A stretch of 64,000 bases of DNA from Fimbriosthenelais zetlandica (Eukaryota): the NCBI GenBank assembly GCA_977030845.1, contig OZ365110.1, forward strand, positions 19,902,001-19,966,000. Reading direction: 5' to 3'. The notes below the pieces were generated by a model. The model was not told the origin of the DNA and did no database searches. It was given only the letters and a program-made list of their open reading frames with translations. The first letter of the stretch is position 1. Each line of letters starts with the position of its first letter. Shown here in pieces: positions 1-12,920 of the stretch. The translations under genes were made by a program, and so were the position numbers.

Positions 1-2524
1 TCTAACAAAGTGACAAAGAACAAATGTTACAATGAAAATGACAACGAGAATGGTGCTTTAAGAATTCTACCTAGCACACAAAACTTAAAAAGAACGTCAG
101 CTACGCCAGGACCCATGTTGGTTGGGAAACTTTCTGGTCCGGGTGATTCAAAGCCTAGGAAGCCTTGTTTATTACTGTCTTTCAAGTAATATATAAGAGA
201 TTCCCTGCAGGTATCGTTTCACCAGTGGCTGCCATCTTGTATGGTCATCTGAGATGAAAAGGCCAGTATGTCAATACAGACAGGCCTATCCTCTTTCTCC
301 CCAGAGGTGATAAGTCAAGTCCTCTTGAACTGGAAAGCCCTTTACGAATACCTAAGTCTTGACATTGATTGGCATTGAGAATTCGTATCAGTCGTTGAAA
401 TAGGATTTTATTATAGTTCAAGGGGCAATTTATTCTGTGCTGTGGTAGAGACCAAGTTATATATGTCCATTGAAATGATTCCAGATTGCCAAGATGCCAT
501 GCAGAGATGTGACATATTGAATAATCCCGAAATGTGACGGGAATCCATTTATATTTGTGGAGGTTGATATACAGTAGTACTAGTATAGACATGCAGTGTA
601 CGTGCAGGGACATCCAAATAGGATATATATAGAGCAAGGAAGGACACAAAAAAAAACAAAAAAACAATAGGTTATTTGGTTAATTTAGACCACAAAAAGA
701 CCTAGTAGTAGAAAAGAACAGTAGTATAGAAGAAAGTGTATGAAACACCCAAATGTGACATTGAGATCACTAAGGCACAGAGTTATAGGTCATAAGGTTA
801 AATAGGCCAAAAAAAGGCAAAATATATAGCAGTTAGTATAGAGAATATTAGACATTTATGTCACAAATGTGCTCAATGAGCTTGGAATTATTTTCTATCT
901 ACCCCTAACTCCCTACACAAGCAATATTGAGAGCCACAAAAAAGAATATTTTAATACCCCCAAAATACAAGGATATAATAAAAAAATCTATGCAATTAAA
1001 TATTTCTGCATCCAATGGAACTTGACTCTGATATGATCCAGTATGATTGAAATTTTAATTCAATCAAACTAGAATTTTCTATCGGTGGTCCTGCGGAGTG
1101 AAGGATATTATAGAAGCCCATCATTCTGAAAGAACACTTGGGTTGACAGGAGGATGGAGTAATAGTGTCAATGAATGAGAGGATGGGGATGGCCCCCGGG
1201 AAATAATTACATCCTGGAGTGTTTTTATGAGGCTCACTGTGTGTGTTTGGGACATATGTTTGGTACATGTTTCTACACTTAACTGGAGAAGTGTGTATTG
1301 ATCAGGTTGGGGACAGGTCTTCCTGCAACAGATGGATAGGTCCCATCATTTACTTTTCTACTAGCCATTTAATCTATCCAATTATTTGTCTGAATAGATG
1401 GAATGATTTGAAGTTGGGACAAAAAGACAGGTATAGGATGTGAGGGAGACGAAAAGGGATAGAATGAGAGAGGGAGAGAGAACAGGAGATTATGGCATGC
1501 TATATGCTATTGTAATGTACCTCAATTGTATGTAATGGTATCAGAATCTTCCAAGAGAAATTTGTCATTATCATTCATTATCGGTCTTCCTCGCATGCAC
1601 TTTATTGCAGTGAACTAATTCATGGACCTTGACGAAAAGTCTCTGGATCTCCTAAGTATAAAAGAGTCAAGACAGTTGAATCAAATCATGAGCCATTTGC
1701 ATGAAGGATGCTGACAAGATAATGGAGGAGAGTGCTGAACGTTTTCATATAAACTTTTGTATTTCTCTATACATTGATTGGAAGATTGTATGGGGCATAG
1801 AATATCATAAATACATGGTGATGGGCTATCTATGTTGAGAGGTATAGTAACTCCCAGCTACTAACACTATTGGCTCCCAGGGACTCAATACGCAGATTAC
1901 TAATTCATCTCATTAAGTAGCAGCTGCCTAATATGATTTGTTTTGCAACTGATGAGAGACAATGCTGTGGTAAAGAGTCTTGATGATTTAGATCTAGAGG
2001 AGGCTTTTGTTATAAACCATTAAACTAGTTTGCGATGGACTAAATTTTTTAAAAGCGACCTTCAATAAGGGACTAAATTTTAATGGTATGAATAGGATTC
2101 CATTCAAAATAATCTTTTTTTCTATAAAGACCACCATTCTGTATAAATTTAGTGACTTAGTGCATATTATTATGTACAACATTTCCAGAGGCATGAACCA
2201 TTGCTGCATGTTTATGGAGTATGAGTGCGTATAGTCTGCAGGGGTCCTTATTATTGGACCCAACAGTAGGCCTAATTATTGTTCAGACTTACCGTACAGT
2301 GACTGATAGGTGCCATTGACAATCCAATAATTTTTCTTCCTAATGCTTTTAGCCTGTCGAAAATAAGTTATAGCACTATGGCTAACCAGCAGTAAATAAT
2401 CAATTATCTAAGATTGATTAACTGCTCTTTTTCTCTGTACAGTACGAAGAAAGGGAAATTTCTTGTATTGCATCATTTTATGTTGTGCTATTTTTATACA
2501 TATATGTTCATTATATCACAATAT

Positions 2525-2806
2525 AGTCGGGTGAAGAATGCGCATTCCCACCATGTAGCATTTGGAGTAATTTAAGATGGCGGCCAATATGGCCGTCAAA
2601 ACCAAAAGATGCAAAACCAATAAATGCGTATAACTTCAGTTATTTTCAGCAAAATCTTCAGTGTTGCAAAACCTACATCCGTCCTGGTTGTGTGTATGGG
2701 CAAAGGCTAGGCAAACATGCATGAGAACATTAGTCATGTATTGGCCAATATGGCCGCCATCTTGGATTTCTCAAAATGCTACATAGTGGCAAAGCGCCAC
2801 CCGGCT
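2525..2806. mobile_element. MITE-like / non-autonomous DNA transposon remnant (imperfect inverted repeat)
   Basis: Left arm 2548-2594 (CCACCATGTAGCATTTGGAGTAATTTAAGATGGCGGCCAATATGGCC) matches the reverse complement of 2743-2789 at 39/47 positions, with a 148-bp spacer. An outer pair AGTCGGGTG (2525-2533) / CACCCGGCT (2798-2806) matches 8/9. No transposase ORF and no clear target-site duplication, so the family is unassigned. Confidence 0.6.
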
Positions 2807-5748
2807 GAAAATCAAGGTCTACACCCATATTATTCATAATCGTGTGAGATAAAATCTATAATGCCTTTTTAATATGTTAGCCAGCCGATCTGCCGGATGT
2901 CCAAATAAATAATATAATAATACTGCAGCATAACAGGATGTAATATGTACCCCTTTGTGGACGAAATGTTCACTAAGCATAAAAAAGTTTTTTATCAACC
3001 TACCTGTCAGAAACCCAGAGCCAGGCATAATGATGTATGACGACCATATAGGGTTTATATCCATAATAATGACACATCCCTGCTTGGGAATAAGACAGGG
3101 CCGTGAGTGTGAACACATGATTGCTTCTCACCACGAGGACCTTTTTTGGCAGGTGTCCTTTATACCGCCCTATGTGCCAATCTGTGTCCCCAGGGGAAAT
3201 CTAACTCAATCAACATGATGGAGAATGAAATTTTGTCTCAAAGGAAATCGCCAACAGATACTTTTTGTTTTGCAAATGAAATCAGTGAAGTCCTATATAA
3301 TAGTAAGGATGCTGTGGGGTCTAGCTGTGGTTATGGTATCTTGTATATTTCTGGATAAGAAAACGTCAATAAACTAACTGGTTATTTCCAGAAGGCCCAA
3401 TTAAAATGCTGAATTTAATCCTCAGTTTTTGATTTGATTGACTTTGGCCTGTCTCTATTGGGTAAGATTTCCTCCGACCCAGAATGCTTCAGGTTGAAGT
3501 TGCAGTATACTCCTGGTCAGTCTTGTCCAAGGCACATAATATACTGCAGGCCATATATAGCTCTATCTATCACTTCTTTTATTCACTTACATATATTCAA
3601 ACAACAGCAATGGATGAACCTTTCTCTGCACCATCCATTGTGTGATTTTCAAGTCTATATAACCCTGTGTGACCCTGAAGCAAATTGATAATCAATAATC
3701 AATATTGAAAAAATATTAGATCGTCCAGTGGCAGAATCAGAATCGCCTGACATGACCCTCTTTTGAATAAAATACTGGCCTCTGTATTTGATATGATTAC
3801 TAAAATTGATATCAATTTATCATGATTATTTCACTTTATGGAAGATAAAATGAAATGTTTAAAAACATATTTTTATTAAAGGGATAGCCTTTAAATTCAA
3901 CTAATGATATTTAATTAAGATGGTTATGTAGTGAATTTACCTTTTAACTTAATAGGCCTACTATTTGCATTTATTTTATCCTTTGTGATGTAATTTGTTT
4001 ACATTCTAGTTTTGTTAAATGTGCTGTTGACAAGTGGTTTTTTCAAAGCTGGAAAGTGAGTGAGTCGCTTAAAATTTCAATCAATGCTATCTCATGGTCC
4101 CATATCCAGCCATCGAATATCAATGAAAAGAGCGTGAGTATAGCACATGCAACTTGCTAGTAGTTTTTTTCATCTGATGGTGAGTCAATTAAAATCAGTG
4201 GGGGAGTCCATAATATATTTTAAGTGTCCAATCTTAATTGCAGCATTATACTGATAATCAAGTAATTAAAATTGAATTTTACATGATATTTCCATTCATT
4301 TAATAATGTCTTGGTGCTTCTGTACTGTTTAGGTATGGTAGCTATGATGGTGAAGGTATTCACAATTTAATTCTAATTTCCCTCCTCTCCAATTTCCTCT
4401 AAATATCCTGTAATTTTATACATGCATTTATATATATGTGGAGACAGAACCTGCAAATGGAATCAGATCCATTTCTCCATGGATATAGTTGAACATGTTT
4501 CATTTAAAAGACCCCTTCCTTAGGAAAACTCCATATATATATATCGATTTTCACAAAAATTATTAGAGGTGATATTGGGTTCATTGTCCCAAGAGACTTG
4601 AAAGTTGCCGCTTGCCACCAATTGCCAGAGAAGACACCAATTACATGCGTACTCAACCTAGTTAGCCTTAAGAGCACGCCGGTTTTGTCAGTTCGGTTGA
4701 AATCTTGTTTAGTTATTTACACCGCTGACCAAATCTATTAACCCGACGCTAAAGACAGGAAGAGTTGCTGGAATGAGCCAAGCTGTCTACACTGCCTTAA
4801 TTTGCTCTGGTTAAAAATATCTCCAGGATACGTGCTACGAATTAGTGCCTACAATGGCATTAAATCATGTAAGAAAAATGGATATACATTCTCTTCTATG
4901 TGATATTATAGTTACATTTTTGAGGTTTGAATATGAATCAAGTTGGTATAGGTCTTCAGTGAAATAATTATTTAGTTTCCATTGTTCATTCAAGGGAATT
5001 TTGTTAATTCCTTCCTGACTCATAGTAAAAGATGCTGAACATAATGGTGGGTGGGTGGAGGAAGCACTCCTGTGCCAAAACATTTAATTCCCATATCACG
5101 CCAAGAGCTCATCCTTTACTATTTAAAAGGATGCAGAAACTCAGAAACTAAAGCAGATCGTCTGTGCGCATGGCAACTGGAATTGCAGGCAGTGGCTAAA
5201 AACAATTCTTTGTCTATTTAATAGGTGACTAATTGTGATTTATTCCCCCAACGCTTGTCATGTGGTCTAGTTGTACAATCTAAGATGCAGTTTGCTGTAT
5301 TATGATGTTGCAAATGAGTTATGGGATGTACTTGGAGGTTGCTATAGGGTCGTTTCTTTGCCACTCCTGCTTCTAATCCCTCCTCTCTTCTGATACTTCC
5401 TCGCCCTTTCTCTTTATCCTTGTCCATAAAACCCTCAGACTATGTTAAGGCAATAGCTCAGAGGTGATTATATCTGTCTTGAACTGCTCACGGCACCTCT
5501 TTATTCTCCTTCCTTTCATCCCTTCCCTTTTCTATCTAACCTGGGTGCCTGCTTTTTGGCTATTAGATGGCGACCATACCTACACTGAGGTGATTAAAGC
5601 TGTCATAAAACAAAACAGGTAGTGGTGAGGTTCAGGTGTGGGCAATATTGGTTCTCTCTGATTTTATATCAAATAGACCCTGCAATATACACTATTTCAG
5701 TGCAAATTAGGGTTCACCCTAAATTCGGGATAGCCTAAGACCTTGAAT

Positions 5749-5973
5749 TCAAGGGCCTGGGCAGACTAAACTCCAGTAGATATGATTTGGAGTAGATTTG
5801 GATATGATAACGAGTAGGTTCTGACTTGATGCTCCAGGTTCTTCCACTTTCCCGCGCACATCATGATTCCCCTGATTGGCGTAGATTTGTAACCTATCGA
5901 CCAGTTTACGTCCGATAAAATCCGACCACCGATCGATGAAGTTGCCCAGACTGCACCCAAGCATAAATAACAT
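5749..5973 (-). pseudogene. Possible metallophosphoesterase-like fragment (very tentative)
   Basis: The 74-aa ORF contains LGNFIDR followed 25 residues later by IYANQGNHD. This resembles calcineurin-like phosphoesterase motifs II (GDxxDR) and III (GNH[D/E]). The motif II Asp is Asn here, and the other motifs are not seen. Confidence 0.2.
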
Positions 5974-6961
5974 GTTAATCGAAGCAAAAACCTCCTACTT
6001 TGAAAGGCGCAAGAGTAACCTCTACCATGGTCAGCTAGCTATAAGGGCATAAAGGGATGTCAGTTGGCAATGTTTAGGTTTGCATGCCATGGAGAAGAAA
6101 TGTCACAGATACAAGATGCTTCTTCGCGGTCAATTATTAATATTTAGTATTCATAAAATAGTGATTCCAAAGTCTCTCAGTCACAGAAAGTTCTGTGTAT
6201 GGAGGTAAGGCAGTGCTTTCCAGTCAGCCAGTGGTAGTAAAGAATGTATGTTTCACCGAAAACTACGCCAGTCACGACTGGCTGTGGGAATATGAGCGGA
6301 AGTCCCTGCCACACCTGCTGAAAAATGTACTCCTATCCAACCAATTTATTAGTCGGTGGAACTCTAGAGTCTGGGGAGTTAATGAAATGACATTTATTTG
6401 AAAGTGTTATATCGCCTTTTTAGAAACGAATAAGTTTTTAATTTTATATATATGTTGATACTAGAAATGAATTAAGCAAAACATTTTTTCAACTCTTGAT
6501 TTCCGTTTCTCTAACAAGCATTTCGCGGCGAAATTTTACTTTAGATAATTCGTAGCAAAGTGTTGAAATAGGTCCAGGATATGTAGGGAATGTTATATAT
6601 ACAATTTTGATCTATATTCTGCCACATCCCTCTGCCCTCTCCCAGGAGAACAAAGAACCGAGGCAGGGGTCAGGTTTATGTCTCTATCAGTCTTTGAATC
6701 AGATGAAGAAGCAACCCAAAAGAAGAGAACCGGTCATCAGCCTATCTACACATCATTCACGGTGAAGGATGAAAAGGTCTCTTTGTTTTGTTTTGGGTTC
6801 TGTTGCTCTCTGATTTTATCACATATCGAAGCATCAGTTGTTTTGCTTCAGATATTATGTTTAGCCGTAAGTAATGGCAGTTTATAAAGCGCTTGTCAGT
6901 AAAAATGCACAAAAGAAGTTAAAAGCTTTTGATAGTTTTAGTCCCTTCACAGAAGCACGTG

Positions 6962-6994
6962 ATTCCTATGGAAATAATTCCTATGGAAATAATT
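6962..6994. repeat. Perfect 15-bp tandem duplication
   Basis: ATTCCTATGGAAATA at 6962-6976 and 6977-6991, followed by a partial ATT. Confidence 0.95.
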
Positions 6995-9465
6995 AATTGC
7001 TATGACAAAGTGCTCCTAAATTGCTCTGATTAAATTTCCTCTTTTATGTTCCTGTTAATGGTAATTGTATTGGTATTGTTGATAAGAAGATTTGAAAGTT
7101 ACCAAGTCTCGCAAACAGTCCCAGTCCCGCCTTGTCAAGAACCTTTGGCTTGGCAAAAAGTATCAAATTTTCCAGTCTGTGACTATTGATAACCGATGAG
7201 GGCAAACTCTTCATATCTATAGTCACTCCGCCAGGGCTCCGTCTTCCACACAATTTAGCTTCATCATCTAATGTTCTCAGACTCAATGTAAGAGAAAATT
7301 GTATTGACCCTTAAGATAAAGCCCTCTTTCTGGCTCAGTATAAGCTCATTTTCATGATATTTAAGGACAGGGGACAATTTCCCTCGGTGCATTCTTTCTT
7401 TTGACCTATTTGATTTTAGGGAACAAAACAAAAATACAGACATTAGTCGACCTGCTGCAAGAATAAATTCGTGCAGAATGTTATAATGGTGCGATAGGCT
7501 CTACATTACTGAATAAAAAACTGAATCTCGGAGCAAAGGAAATAATAACAAAAGATTGATCTATATGGCTTTAGGTGGGCTGCAAAAGGTGTCCATTTCC
7601 TGATTTAATCTGTTTGAGTAGTATAGGGGAAAGGTGGACTGCATCGGGCATTGCCCTCTACTGAGGGCAACTAAGAAAGGCAGGGTATTCACGTAAATTA
7701 CAATATGCCAAACACCTTAAGAGAAATGTGTACATTAGACAAATACATTCTACAGCAGGAATAGCAATGTTGAACTTTTTTTATGTGTTCTTATGGTGTT
7801 TAATATAACCAAGCGGCACAAGGACCTGCACTCACGAACCAGCCAAATGAACGCCATATTAATCAGCATTGCTTAACAACCAGCCCAGTGCAGGAAACAG
7901 AATGTTTCTTAATGAGCCAGACTTCTTTGAATTTCTCGATGATATTTAGCTCCCTAGATATAAAACTACTGATCATGAATAGGGATAACGAATATAAATT
8001 TTACATTCTGTATAGACTCTGATCCTCAGTTTCATATTTTTTTATTCAGTTTAAATGGTTTGGTTCATGTCAGAGATGTTATATTCCCCACAAGGACCTC
8101 AGTAATCTCTTTATCCCTCGGGGTATAGATGCATGGGGGTCCAAAATGAAGACCTAAAATGGCTGTATCTTCCTTTAAGAACCCTGGGGAGAAGGGTTCC
8201 ATTTAGACACTATGATTCTACTATGTTGACATGTAACAATATATCTAGAGCTACCTATTCATCCAATATGGGATACTATTCTAAGGGGGCACTGCAGGGT
8301 TGGTTGATGATTGTTTGCTGCTTCTGTCTCCAGGTTCATTGGTTTCTCTCTGGTCCAAGTTCACATGATGCACCTCTTGCAGCTCGAGCAAACAGAATTC
8401 AGTCTGGTGGAAGGTTTGATCTTCACCCAAGTTGTTGACGTCTGGTGGATTGCATCACGTGATACAATGTGCCTCACTTTCAGTCTTGAGAGAGAGGGTA
8501 CTATATCTTACAGGCATATGTGCCTTAGGCTCTGGACACCAATTCAAAAGCACTGACATGGGTCTGTCGGTTAACCTTCTCATGCAAATGGTTGATAAAT
8601 TAATAGATCCAACAGTTCATTATCAACCATTTGTTTCACAAGTAATGCCCCACATTCTGAAATTTCCTTCTGTATTGACTCGTACAAAAGGGTCCAATTC
8701 AGCTCTGATATTGAGTTCATCAGCCATAGTAATATTATTATTTCTGCAAAGCTTTAAAGTGAGCATCCATTCCCCTGTATCTCTGCTATATTGTACCCAA
8801 AACAATGTATTAATCACTGCCCTCCATGGAATGGTATAGTCATTGTGTTGTGGACAGCCACACATTGAAACGCACTTCAGCCTTCCATTTTGAATAGAGT
8901 TTGATTAGGTTCCCAGAGTGGTTATAGTAAACATTGATGGGTATTGATTCACGCTAATGTAGTATTCATCTCTGGTAGGATCCAATTGAAATCAAAGCTG
9001 ACTATGTCCCATACTTGCCCGATACAAACATCTATCTGTATCTGAATCTGTATGCATCTTACTTTATGGTAATCTGTTGAATCAAACAGTTGTTGAGTAA
9101 CTTATTGTTTTATTATGTTTCATTTATATACTTTTCTTGTACTTCTGGGATTTGCTAATTTGTTACACTGACGTCATTAAAACTGGCAACACACTGTGAA
9201 ATCCCTGGAAATTGTATGCTTGGCCAGAAAATGGAGGCAGAACTGTAGCACCGTAGTACAGAAGCCTCCCAAAGGCTGAGAGTTTTGCCAATGATTTAGA
9301 CATCCTATTGAGTCAGCTTTATAACATCCATCTATGGTGGGTATTGAAGGTGCATTGAAGAGGCTGAAGCATACCCTTGCATGTCCATGTTCCAAAGCCT
9401 GAATAGTTTCATTTGTATCTGTATGTCGCTCAGCTTGTTTTATTCAAACTGTATTACACAACACT

Positions 9466-9533
9466 ATAGAAACAGACGTATATGTGATAAATAATAGAAA
9501 CAGACGTATACATAAACAGACGTGATAAATAAT
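9466..9533. repeat. Mosaic short tandem/direct repeat
   Basis: ATAGAAACAGACGTATA at 9466-9482 and 9494-9510; AAACAGACGT again at 9514-9523; GTGATAAATAAT at 9484-9495 and 9522-9533. Confidence 0.9.
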
Positions 9534-10202
9534 GTCCCTCACCAGGCAGTTTTTCCACAGACGTCTCTGCAGAGTAAATTGAGAGTATGCATGGGATATA
9601 CACTGTTTTATATATTATATACAGTACAAATTGTCTAGTAAGAAAAGGAGCAGATTGGAATATTACCTACACAAGTAAATCCCCTACCTGCCATGCTTTA
9701 TCAAAAGCCACCCGGTTGACAGACCCTCCCAGATGGATTCAATTAGATATGTTGTCATGTCCATTGTCTCACCTCCCTGGTGAACATCAACCAGTGTTGA
9801 CTAGTTGTGGGCCCCACCGAATACAGATGCATTGGAAGTTTTGACTGGAATAGTCTGAGAAAGTCCTTATAGTTAAAAAAAAGATCCACTGGGAGCTCCA
9901 AGAGGAAAACTATAATTTCTGCTTTGTCAATTAGAGTGTTTGTATTCTGGTGTAGGCCTGCGATCAAATACTTTATTATACTAAATAGGCCCACATGTGT
10001 TAAATAATTGGGTTACATTGCAAGGTATTACTATAAAATGGCCATGTCTCAACTCAAAAAATTGCAGATTACTTTAATAAATAGATTTCAACAATAAACA
10101 AGAATTAATTGTCTATTGGGAGATTGCTCGCAAGATCACAAGTCACATATCAGACCTAATACTGCTCACCACTGATTACAGAGCCAAATGACAGAGTACC
10201 CT

Positions 10203-10238
10203 CCCCCATCGACCCCCAACATCCCCCAACCCGCCCCC
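10203..10238 (-). other. G-quadruplex-forming motif on the minus strand
   Basis: Four C5 runs on the + strand at 10203-10207, 10213-10217, 10223-10227 and 10234-10238. On the minus strand these are four G5 tracts with 5-6 nt loops, fitting the standard G4 pattern. Confidence 0.7.
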
Positions 10239-11119
10239 ATATTACCAGCTTCCAAAGCCAGTCGTCTCAAGCTCTTGGGGGAAGACATAAAAGCTGGCCA
10301 GTCTATTCTGGTGACAATTGCTATGCCAAGGAGAGGACAAGATAGTTAGCAGATATGCACTCAGAGAAAAACAGTCATAGCAGAAGCATTTTTCTTGCTT
10401 AATTAGATTGACACCGGTGTCTCTCAGTCTCCTTCATCATTTATTCAAAGCCTTCTTCAGACCTTCTTAGAAGTTGGTAGAATATCCAATAATATGTGTT
10501 TTATAAGTTAAGGCTCTTTTGATCCCATGTTTCAAATGATATTAATTGTGCACCATGAGAAAACTGATTCTATTGATTAATGTTAGGCCTATAGCTTCAT
10601 AATTATATCCCATCTTGATAATCTGTCGGATGTCTATCTTTCGGCCCAGCGATACATTTTAATGGATTAAAATCCAACATAACCTTAAATACATGATAGT
10701 TGATGTTTTTAAACATTATAACCATTGCCAGAAGCTGCAATTTCTCCTCTTATTATTGCCATTCTACTTCGTTTGTCCGTTTAATTAGCCCTTCTTAAGT
10801 GCACCTAGACTTTGTTTGAGATTGTCGTTTGTTTTATAAGGTACCTCTGGTTTCATTGTAGCAAAAACCTTGATCAGCTATTGGGATAATTCATGGAAAG
10901 GAAGCCTTGCCGCCCGCTATCCCATAGAGATACCCTTCATTGCATGCATTCATATAATTGATTAATTCAGATGTTCTTTCTAAGTTCTAGACGGACGGGG
11001 GAAAGCAGTTTAGACGATTATCAAGACGTGCTCAATTTCTTTTTTGTCTGGCTTGCAGTTGAAACTGGTGATTGTCAAGAAAAAATGTTTGGCAATTATT
11101 CTCACCCTATAGATGCATT

Positions 11120-11165
11120 CTAACTGATTTCTCTCTCTCTCTCTCTCTTATTTTTTTAGGTAAGT
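11120..11165 (+). other. Strong 3' splice acceptor abutting a consensus 5' donor (recursive-splice-site-like)
   Basis: CTAAC branch motif at 11120-11124, a pyrimidine tract including (CT)9 at 11131-11148 and T7, then TAG (11157-11159) directly followed by GTAAGT (11160-11165). Confidence 0.5.
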
Positions 11166-12340
11166 TCGAATGTTCTTGGTTTTCCCAACACGATGGACGT
11201 TTGTATCGCAAGATAAGTGCCACAATTATAAGCCTAGGTCTATTTTGTACATAAAAATATATATTTACATATTATCTTTTCATTAATTTTGATTATGATA
11301 TCATGACAATACATTTGGTTAAGTGTGAGATGGGTACTTTCAGTGTTTCACAAGCTTTCTGTAACCTGAATGTGAACTGCTCAGTGCTCCCCTCTGTTGG
11401 AAATTCCGGGGGTAGGCAGGAACGATCAAAACTGCCTCTAGCAAATCCGTCGTGTGAGCTAGGTTTTCCCAAACAACATTATTTTATTTTCAATATCACA
11501 AAGTTATCGATCGGGCTCTTCACAAAAAGGATGTGTGTGGAGAACTCCTGAAGCCATTTTTAAAGTAGGGGCTATGCTACCATAAACCATTAAGAAACCA
11601 TTAGAAAAATGCTGATGTGCCATAAGCCTATTTTCCCCAGTACCCTAGCCCTAATATACACGTGTATAAGCCTAGAGCTCTATTAATTTTGTATTGCACT
11701 AAACTCAAGAGTGTAGGGATTTTAATTTTTCCCGTTTGCAATAATGGAGATTTCACATTGGTTAGCATCTGCGAAAATGATTGCAATTCCCATATAACAC
11801 GGCCTTTTAATTCTAGTGCATACTAAACTAGACTTGCATCACTTGACATTTAGCAACACTTACAATAAGCTGCCTGAGATTTCATACGATTTTTCTACCA
11901 GCTGCGATATTATAGCCTACGTATTGCTTCATTTCACCTACGGGAGATACAGTAATTAGGAATACCTGGTGTGTAGCTTATGCTCTATGTTTAGCCCTCC
12001 TATTACATTTTATAAAAGATCAAACGCTCGTGCCTATTCATCTTCTAGAATATCTGCTAGTCAGCCAAGACACCTAGTCCAGCTTAATGTTGATGGGTAA
12101 TGTTTGGCATGTGTGTGACCTTTTGGCCAGGTATAGGCGCTAGGCCAACACTCCGAAATACGGGGGCACTCCAAAATAACATGTCTGGGGTAGCTAAGCC
12201 TAGTCTATTGGCTAGATCTATATAGTTAGGGGCCTGTACCACCTCTTAAGACCAGACCGTTAATGATTAATTCAAGATCATTGGCATGGAAATAGGCTAG
12301 GCCCCAGTTGTGATAATAATAAAGGCATATGGGGATTTTA

Positions 12341-12458
12341 TAGGCCTAGGTAATACTTAGGCCTAATAGTTCTACTAGGCCTATCGGCCTATAGGGTGTT
12401 GATGAGATGGTTAAATTCTCTCATAGAATTAGCCCCTAGTAGGGCTAATGTAGGCCTA
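12341..12458. repeat. Cluster of TAGGCCTA palindromes upstream of the CpG-rich promoter
   Basis: Exact TAGGCCTA at 12341, 12358, 12376 and 12451, with near-copies between them. There is also a perfect 8-bp inverted repeat ATTAGCCC/GGGCTAAT at 12428-12449. Confidence 0.85.
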
Positions 12459-12499
12459 ATGGATATTATGCATGTATAGGCTATTATAGGGGTAACAAA

Positions 12500-12920
12500 A
12501 AACAAAGGCGCAAAACTGAAGCATCCCTTTCGCACATTGACACTGGAGCGCCACTGCGCGGAGTGTGCTGAACCATCTGAGCGGCGCTTTAGTTAACCGG
12601 AAGTGCGTAGAGGGGGCGCCACGAATCACAACTCTTCCAAGATGGCGGGGGGTTGCCGGCTGTAACCGCTCAGCTCGAATATATATCGGCACTCTCAGAC
12701 TTCTATTTGTGGATTACTGATAATTTAAAGCACCGCAAAGGTAAGACATTGTCATGGAGGATGAAGTTGATGCAAGTTTTGCATCTTTTTGTCTCTTGTT
12801 TAGACCTACTAGCTGGATATATCCCCGCGACCGCGTGGTCTGCGTGGATGAGACCGCTGTACCGTACATAACATTACGTCAGTAGCACGCTCATACCTTG
12901 ACTCTCGAGTCGCGAGAACA
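12500..12920 (+). promoter_or_regulatory. CpG-rich housekeeping-type Pol II promoter / first-exon region
   Basis: About 16 CpG in 12501-12700 and about 12 in 12821-12920, against a CpG-poor background. Motifs: ETS/GABP ACCGGAAGTG (12596-12605), partial CTCF-like AGGGGGCGCC (12611-12620), YY1 CAAGATGGCGG (12638-12648), CRE-like TTACGTCA near 12874, and GTCGCGAGA (near-match to the TCTCGCGAGA promoter palindrome) near 12909. A strong donor AAG|GTAAGA lies at 12740/12741. Confidence 0.6.
12630..12740 (+). other. Candidate non-coding first exon (start approximate)
   Basis: Lies between the ETS/YY1 motifs and the AAG|GTAAGA donor. Its ATG at 12642 opens only MAGGCRL-stop, so the exon is probably 5' UTR. 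The TSS is inferred, not observed. Confidence 0.4.

Noticed and set aside
245-667. Longest ORF in the track (140 aa, minus strand)
   Set aside because: It starts in the complement of an A-rich tract (FFCFFL), has no recognisable domain, and its length is compatible with chance in 64 kb.
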